DNA of 31,341 nt from NCBI GenBank assembly GCA_965201075.1, contig CBDAVP010000004.1, positions 248,001 through 279,341 on the forward strand. Direction: 5' to 3'. This DNA is from Isosphaeraceae bacterium. Lineage in GTDB: Bacteria; Planctomycetota; Planctomycetia; Isosphaerales; Isosphaeraceae. Each line of letters starts with the position of its first letter. Position 1 is the first letter of the stretch. This document shows, piece by piece, positions 23,965-31,341 of this stretch. Position numbers and translations under genes: made by a program. The notes beneath the pieces were generated by a model. The model searched no databases, had not been told where the DNA came from, and was given only the letters and a program-made list of their open reading frames with translations.

Positions 23965-26900
23965 TTAGTGATTAAAGAGGAACTCGGGGCTGTTGAACAG
24001 GGCCCAGGCGATGTCCTGGGCGGCGGTGAGGCGGCGGGCCGTAGCCTGCTGGGAACTCATGGCGCCGTCTCCCTTGAGGCGTGCCAGTTTGGCGTCGGGG
24101 GCGAGTGGTTGCTCGGCCCTCTTGACCTGGTCTTGTCGTTGCTGGAGACCCGGGTCGATGGGCAAGGGCATGCGCGCCTGGGCCAGGTTGGCGTTGCGGG
24201 CGGTCGCTCCGCCATCGATCGTGCGGTGGTAGGTTGTCAGCGTTTCCACCTGCGCGGGCGTGCGGACGGCTGGGGCGGTGGCGATAATCGACCGCAAGTC
24301 CTCAGGGAGGTCCAGCCCCACCGGAGCCGGCAGGGTCGTCGCCGAGAGGCGGAAGCGACCCGGGATGTGCAGGCCGGGGAAGCGGTGGTGGAAGGTGAAC
24401 GTCAACGTCGAACCCCCGGCGGCGCCGGCGGGCGTGGGCAGTTCAAAGGTCGCCCAGTGGACCACCGACATTGCCGGGTGGATCGCCCAGCCGTTGGTGG
24501 CGTCGGTCTTGCCGTCGATCACCTGGCCGATGTCCAGCCCGACCTGGTTGTAGTCGGCCACTGGCTTGACCAGGGACAGGGGACCGGTTTGGTTGGGGTC
24601 GGCCAGCGAGGTCGCGACGACCTTCATTTCGTTGATGACGAAGTTGCCATTGACGGCGCGGCCGGGCCCCTTGGCCGGTAGAGCGGGGTCGGTCAGAAGT
24701 TCCAGACGCAGGCCAGTGATGCCGGCCAGGTCGGTGTCGACGACGAGGGTGGTTTCGCCCGAGTCTCCACCGCCGGCCAGGACCGAGCCGTCGGGCAGCA
24801 CCTGGAAGGTTGCCCCCTTGTCCTTCTCGCCGGTGACGGTCTTGGGCGTCAGCACCCGCCATTTCGAGACGGGGCTCTGAGCCTTTTCCCACTCGGCGAT
24901 GCGGGCCGCGAGGGTCCCCTCATACGCCTTGAGGTCGGCTTCCAGCGTCGCGACCTTGGCCGCCTGCTCCTTTTGCTGCTCGGCGAGCTTGGGCGCCAGG
25001 GCCGTTTCGTAAGAGGCGAGATCGGCCCGGGCCGTGGCGAGGTCGGCGAGGCGTTGCTGCTCGCGAGCCGGCAGGCCCTGGGCGACCTCGGCTTCTCGGG
25101 CGACGGTTTCCTCGGCGAGCTTGCGGTTGTCGTCGTCGATGGCGCCGAGGTCTCCCAGGCAAGAGGCGACCTCGGCGGCGGTGGCCGGACGGTTCAGGAT
25201 CCGAATGAACAACTCGTTGACGAGCCTGGTGTCGTCGGGCTGGGACGCGACGAGTTTGGTCAGTTCGTTGGCGGGGTCGGCCAGGGCGTCTCCCAGGGTC
25301 GGGCCGCTGAGCAGGGCCATGACCGGCCCGAGTTGGAGGCCGCCGGAGCGTTCGCACTCGCAGGCGCTTTCCCTCACGGGCCGGCCGAAGGTGGCCAGGA
25401 ACCCACCCGGAAGCTCGACGCCCGAGTCCGGCAGAGCCGCGGCGCGGGTGCCCGGCGGCAGGCCCGGGAACTTCGAGATCGAGCCGGTGGCCCGGTAGAC
25501 CGCGTCGACCAGCACCTCGGCCGGCAAGCGACGCGCCATCTCGTGAGAGAAGTTGATCTTGTCGTCCTCGTTCCACTTGTTGGGAGAGAGCGACAGTTGA
25601 TAGGTCCGCGACTTGGCGATCAGCCGCAGCATCTGGCGGGCGTCGAAGCCGGATTTGACGAATTCCTGGGTCAGATAGTCGAGCAACTCGGGATTGGTCG
25701 CCGGGTTGCCCGCGCGGATGTCGTCGATCGGCTCGATGATCCCCACGCCCAGCAGGTAGCCCCAGAGTCGGTTGACGTAGCTGCGGGCGAAGTACGTGTT
25801 GTCGGCCGAGGTCAACCAGGCGGCGAGGTCCTGGCGGCGGGTGGTCGTCGGCTGGGGGTCGGGATGCGTGGAGGCATAGGGGAACTTCGGCGCCACTGCC
25901 TTCTTGGTCCGGTCGTGCAGGACCTCGCCGTCGGGCTTGTCGTAGACGTCTTCATAAAGAGGGTTGGCCCCCTCGACCGCCGTCCCGCCGATGGTCCGGC
26001 CCTTCGACTCCGGGTCGCCCTTCAGGCCGACTCGGGCAAACGACGCGGCCGTCTCGTAATACTGGTCCTGGGTCCAGCGCTCGAAGGGGTGGTCGTGGCA
26101 CTTGTTGCAGTTGAACCGCACTCCCAGGAACAACTGGGTGGTGTTTTCCATCAGGGCCGTGGGCTCTCGGAGAACCTTGTAGTAGGAGGCCTCGGGGTGC
26201 TCGCGGTTGGAGCCAGTGGCCGTCAGGATTGAGCGGACGAACTGGTCGTAGGGGACGTCCTTCTCGACCTGCGAGCGAATCCAGGCGCGGAAGGCGGTGG
26301 CTCCCTCGACGTCGAGGAATTTGCGGTTGACCTGGAGAAGATCCGCCCACTTGTTGGTCCAGTACTCGATGAAGTCGGGGCTGCCGATGAGGCGGTCGAC
26401 CAGGGCCTCGCGTTTGGCTCGCGACTCGGCGGGGTCGGCGGCGAAGGCGCGGACGGCCTCGGCGGTGGGGGGGAGACCGGTGAGGTCCAGGGTGACTCGT
26501 CGGAGGAATTCGGCGTCGTTGCACAACTCCGACGGCTGGATCTTCATCCGCCGCCACTTCTGGGCGACCAACTCATCGATGCGGTTGTAGGTCGGCGGGT
26601 CCTGCCAGACGAAGCCGGTTCGGTCTCCCATGACCGTGAGGGTCGCCGCGGCGTAGGCTCCCTCGAAGCGGGCGAGGATGGGGGCTTCGCCTCGTCGCAA
26701 GGAGGTCATCAGGCCGGTGCGGTCGGCGGTGGCGACCTCGGTGTTGCCACTTTCCAGGAAGGCTTCGCGGGTCACGTCGCGGATTTCGCCGTCGGTATAG
26801 GTCGCCATGACCCGCAATTGCTGGCGGGCGCCGATGCTCTCGATGACTGGAGAGGGTGGGAAGACCTCGATCTTGGCGATTTTGGGGACGGTGGTGTCGA

Positions 26901-29103
26901 GGACCCCTCCCCCGGCGATCCAGGCTCGCAAGGTCTCGTAATACGCCTCGCCGGGGCGGGTCAACTGGCCTCCGGCGTGTGGGACCGCTCCGGAGGGCTT
27001 CAGGAGCATGAGGCTATCGTCGGGCGAGGCGGGGTTGACTCGTCGAGACGCCTGGTCGTCGGCCAGGGCCCGGACGTCGAACAGAGGGTCGTACCCTCTC
27101 AGCGAGAGCTTGAACCCGTTCTTGCCCTGTGCCGAGCCGTGGCAGGTCCCCTGGTTGCAGCCGAGTCGGGACAGCACCGGCGCCACGTCTCGGACGTAAT
27201 CGGCTCTCGGGGCGGAGTGGACTCCGGCGACCAGAACGGGCACCTCGGCCGACTTGCCCGCCAGTGTCACCTTCAAGGTGGCCTGGCCGTCGGCGATGGG
27301 TCGGATCATGCCGCCCCGGGAGACCCGCGCGACGCCGGTGGCCCCGGCGGACTCGACCAGCCGGGAGACGTCCAGCCGCAGGCCGTCGGCGGTGGCGGCG
27401 GTGATGACCAGTTGGGTGTAGGCGAAGGGGCCGTTCAGGGCGACCGCCGCGGGGCGGACCTCCAGGGCGTCGATGACCAACCCGGCGGGGAGGGCGTCGG
27501 CGTCGGAGGGGGTTGGCTCGGGGGTGGAGACCGAGGCGACGGTGGACGCGGCCGGCGGGGTTCGCTCGGGGGCGTTACTGCCGTCGGTGGGCGTGGGGCG
27601 GAACTCCTTGACCAGCGCGCCGTTGGAACCGTTGAGCAGGCGGATGATCCCGTCGGTGCCGGCTGCGGCGACCGACTCGCCCGCGGGACTCACGGCCACG
27701 ACGTAGACGCCGCTCTGGGGGACCGGCAGGCTGCCCAGCCGCTTGATTTGCGACTGCTGGTAGACGTTGAGGGGCCTCGCGCTGCTCGGGGGAGCGGGCC
27801 GGGCCGGCGACGGCGAGGATGGCCTTGATTGGGTCGGGGGCGGTGGCGGGGTCGAAGTCGTCGGAGTAGACGTCGACCTGGCCGCGGCGGTCCTCGCTGC
27901 TGCCGGCGGCGAAGTGGTGGCCGTCGGCGCTGGTGGCGATGCTGAAGACCCGGCCGGGCATCGGCGTGAAGGTGGCCACCTGGTTGGCGTCGTCGCCGAT
28001 GACGCGGGTCGTCTCTCGGAAGATCCGGTAGAGCTTGGGGATGCCGTCGGAGCCGCCCAGCAGGATCTGGTCACGCTTGGGGTGACGGACCACCGCGGTC
28101 AGGCCCCCCTTGAGGGCGCCGGGGGTGATCGAGGTGATGTTGTCGATGAACCGCTGGGTGGCGACTTCCGTCAGCTTGGCCGTCATGTCGCGGCCGACCG
28201 AGATCAGGTTCGTCCCGTCGAGCGAGAAGGCCGTGTCAAGCGACCAGTCGCTGTGAGAGCCCATGAACAGCACGGCCTTGCCGGTTTTGGCGTCGATCGC
28301 CCGGACGGCGTTGTCGGTGCCGCCGAAGGCGATCAAGGAGCCGTCGGGCGACCAGCAGGCGCCGTAAGTCGTGTCGCAGACGGTGGGAACCGAGAGGGCC
28401 AGGGCTCGCTTTTCGACGTCCCCAGACCTGGACCTCGCCCATCCGGCCGGGCAGGCCGCCGGTCCACCGCCAGCTTTTTGCCGTCGGGGGAGAACCGGAC
28501 CGACTCGATTCGCTCGGACAGGCCGATGAGCCGGCCGACCAGGGCCGAGCCATCGGCCTTCCACAGCAAGACCTCGTGGAAACCGCCGACGGCCAGCAGT
28601 TGCCCGTCGGGGGAGAAGTCCATCGCCGCGATGACTGGGGGCAGGGCGTAGGTGGGGGGATGCTCGGAGTCGTACTTGCGGCCTTCGACGTCGGGGGCGT
28701 CGTTGAGGGCCCCCTGGGCGACCCAACGGCGGACCAGGTCGATCTCGGCGGGGTTCAGCGGGGGGTGGTCCTTGGGCATCTCGGCGTGGCCGTCGGCGGC
28801 GGGGGTGATCTGCTCCAGGAGCTGCCCCTCCTCGGGCTTGCCTGGGACGACCGCCTGGTCCTTGGAGTCACCGCCAGCGAGCAGGCGGTCGAACGCGGTC
28901 ATCACGTAGCCGCCGCCCGCCTTGGCTGGCTGGTGGCAGCCCTGGCAATTGGCCCGGAAAATCGGCCGGACCTGACGGGCATAGCTGACCGCGTCGGGCA
29001 CGGCCGCGGCGGGCGTGGCCTCGGCCGCGCCAATTGCCAGCCGACCCATCAGGAGGGTGACCGCGACCCCAAGCCCGAATCCCCACGCCTGTCGCTTCGC
29101 CAT
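23965..29103 (-). CDS. Large secreted planctomycete cytochrome c + WD40 + Ig-like + DUF1549/DUF1553 protein (3 apparent frameshifts)
   Basis: AGAGGAG RBS and signal peptide. VRPIFRANCQGCH, WD40 repeats (FSPDG), GCNQGTCHG, RFNCNKCHDHPF, RRLPAEVL, FGRPVRESACECER, WALFNSPEFLFNH. Removing single extra bases at ~28464, ~28421 and ~27772 joins the ORFs into one. Confidence 0.88.
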
Positions 29104-29264
29104 CCCGGATGCTCCTCTCGCGTAGTCCTGGAGACCCCGACCCAAGCCAACCCAGCGCTGGGGCCACTCCACCGCCCGACGACAAGACCCACCGAACCTA
29201 CCCATCATCCCGGCTTGTCCGACCCAGCCGTTCGGTCACAAGACACGAGTTGATCAGAACTTAG

Positions 29265-29293
29265 GTGAACGCTTCACGTTCACTTTCCTTTTT
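29265..29293. promoter_or_regulatory. Inverted repeat GTGAACG-N5-CGTTCAC followed by a T-rich run
   Basis: Lies in the AT-richer intergenic region upstream of the DUF1549 gene. Could be an operator or a + strand terminator. Confidence 0.35.
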
Positions 29294-29395
29294 GCGCAGG
29301 GGATACGGTGACTGTTGTACGTCAGACGAGCACCGATTGTTGGTGAATCTTACGCTCGGGCCTCACGAATTTCTGTAGAATTCCGCCAAAACGCA

Positions 29396-30389
29396 TCAAA
29401 CCGCCGCTCGGTGGGCTCGAAGAGCGGCCAGGGTCGCGGCCATGTCGGGGGGAGTGGGGCCTTCAGTTCCAGTGTCGTGCCGGTAAATGGATGATCGAGG
29501 GAAAGGGCGTGGGCGTGGAGTGCCTGGCGGTCCAGGAGGACCCGCGAGGCCTCGGGGACTTCGTCATCGAGGAGGTCGCCCAGGAGAAGTTGGCCCCGGG
29601 GGGAATAGGCCCGGTCGGCGAGGATCGGGTGGCCAAGGTGTGCCAGGTGGACGCGGATCTGGTGGGTCCGGCCGGTCCGGGGCTTGCATCGCACCAGGGC
29701 GAAACCCCGGAATCGCTCCAGAACCTCGTAGAAGGTCACCGCCTCCTTGCCTCCTTCCTCCACGGACCGGATGGCCATCTTCTCGCGGCTGGTGGGGTGG
29801 AAGCCGATCGGTTTTTCGACGTAATCGCTGTCCCGGTTGGGGGTTCCCGAGACCAGGGCGAGATACTCCTTGCGAATGGTCCGCCCCTCGAATGCGCCGC
29901 GAGGAGGCGGTGGGCGTGGTCGTCCTTGGCCACGAGGATCAGGCCCGAGGTGTCGCGGTCCAGACGGTGGACGATGCCGGGTCTCAGCGCGCCGGCCACG
30001 GTGGAGAGGCCGTCGAAGTGGTGCTGGAGTGCGTTGGCCAGCGTCCCGGTCCAGTTCCCCCTCGCTGGGTGGGTGACCATGCCGGGCCCCTTGTCGATGA
30101 CGACCAGGGCTTCGTCCTCGTAGACGATCCTCAGCGGGAGGTCTTCGGGGGTGATCGATCCGTCGCCGAGGTCCGGCAGCCAGATGCTCACCGCGTCGTC
30201 GAGGCGGACCTTGTACGACGCCTTGGCCGGCGCCCCGTTGATGAGGACAGCCTCGGCGTCGATGAGTTTCTGGATCACGCTGCGTGAGTAGTCGGAAAAC
30301 CGGCTGGCCAGGTACGCGTCGAGCCGCTTGCCCACCATGCGGGCCTTAACCTGGAACTCGCTAGGCGTTTCGGAGAGTTGGGGAGGCAT
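29396..30389 (-). CDS. rluD: RluA-family pseudouridine synthase with S4 domain (RluD-like), 2 apparent frameshifts
   Basis: S4 region GKRLDAYLA...SRSVIQKLI, RPGIVHRLDRDTSG (catalytic Asp), TGRTHQIRVHLAHLGHPILAD, RQALHA. Restoring single bases at ~29893 and in the G run at 29447-29452 gives LAAxFEGRTIRKEY and APLPPDMAATLAALR. Confidence 0.85.
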
Positions 30390-30432
30390 GGGCGTGCGCC
30401 GCCCGTCAAGGTCTCGGGGGGAGAAACGCGGG

Positions 30433-31341
30433 TCAGCGAGGGGCCGGGGGCGTGAACGGCTCGCTCGGCAGGTCTCCCCCCTGGCCTCGGGAGTGGGGAC
30501 CGGGGCTGGGGTGATTTCGGGTTTGGCCTCGGGGGCGGGGGGCGATCCGGCCGGGAGGTTCGTTTCCGGGGGCGCCAGGGCGGGCGGCAGGTCGCCAGGC
30601 AGGCTGTCCGCGCTTGCGGAGGAGGTGGGGATCGGCCGCGGCGTGGTTGTCAACGGGTCGGCGGGTGCGTCGGAAGCGCCCAGGCCGAATCCGGGCAACG
30701 GGGGCACCTCGAACATCTGCTTGCCGCCGGGGGCAGGGTCGCTTCCGGGGCCTTGTAGGCGTACAGCAGCTTGTAAAACTCGACGGCCTCGGGGGTGCCG
30801 AGCAGGTCGGCGCGCTTGGTCGCGGACTTGGCCTCGTCGCTGTCGGGCCAGGTGGAGGCGACCTTGCGGTACTGGGCGATGGCGTCGCTCAATTCGTTGC
30901 GGGCCTCGAAGGCGCGGGCGACACCCAGGGAGGCGAGTCGAGCCTCGGGCGAATCCTTGGGGGCGGCGTCAGCGACCTCCTGGAAGTCGTCCAGCGCTTT
31001 TTTGAGCAATGGCTTGGCGGCGGTCCGGTCGGTGGCGAGTTTTTCGGCCCCTTCCTGGAACCGCACGCCGGCGGCCTGGAGCCGGGCCCAGGTTGCGGCG
31101 GGGCTCTTGGGGTAGAGCTCGGCGACCTTCTCGACGGCCTCGGGCCCCTCGGCCTGGAACAGTTCGGCCCAGGCGGCCGACCGCGTCGTGTCTCCGGCGG
31201 TCAGCCCATTGATCAGCATCAGGATTGCCACGGCGACGGCGGCCAGGGCCGTGGCCATCAGCCAGAATTGGGGCCCGGCCTGCATCGCCCGCCAGAGCCA
31301 GCGGGCCAGCAGGGTTTCGTCGCTGGCCTCCTCGGTCTCGA
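30433..31341 (-). CDS. TM-anchored TPR-like protein with Pro-rich tail (5' end outside window; 2 apparent frameshifts)
   Basis: TM FWLMATALAAVAVAILMLI. TPR-like YPKSPAATWARL, LGVARAFEARNELSDAIAQYRKVASTWP. One-base deletions in G runs at 30729-30733 and C runs at 30476-30481 restore TLPPGGKQMF and EARGGDLPSEPFTPPAPR*. Confidence 0.7.

Noticed and set aside
29736..30716. Pro-rich domain-RluD fusion protein
   Set aside because: Produced by homopolymer indels. Adding one base at ~30478 restores a stop at 30433-30435 and a separate rluD start at 30389.

Overview
High-GC bacterial DNA, very likely a planctomycete (Isosphaeraceae-like). This rests on the DUF1501 + DUF1549/DUF1553/planctomycete cytochrome c pair, the CRTAC1/ASPIC-UnbV + TPR pair, ThuA and a Tat-exported Gfo/Idh/MocA enzyme. 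The core (7.3-17.5 kb) is an apbE flavin transferase gene head-to-head with three tandem, secreted, Cys-less FGE/SUMF1-fold paralogues, followed by a Tat Gfo/Idh/MocA oxidoreductase and a ThuA protein. All three FGE-fold proteins carry DAVTKP[T/S], which resembles the ApbE flavinylation motif. This suggests an extracytoplasmic flavinylation/redox system (inference). The triplication left two decayed copies of the apbE 5' end. A palindromic repeat family invades the cluster as a 7 x 96-bp tandem hairpin array and as two ~165-bp direct repeats flanking a small membrane gene. Around 19.9-22.3 kb lies a small accessory islet: an ADP-ribosylation/crystallin-J1-like gene, a PD-(D/E)XK-like gene, a half attC-like site, toxin and duplicate gene fragments, and an RHH + 2TM pair. 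The last ~3.6 kb has seven single-base indels, six in G/C runs, breaking three genes; these are most likely sequencing errors. No rRNA, tRNA, CRISPR array, transposase or integrase was found. Family assignments come from motif recognition only; no searches were run.
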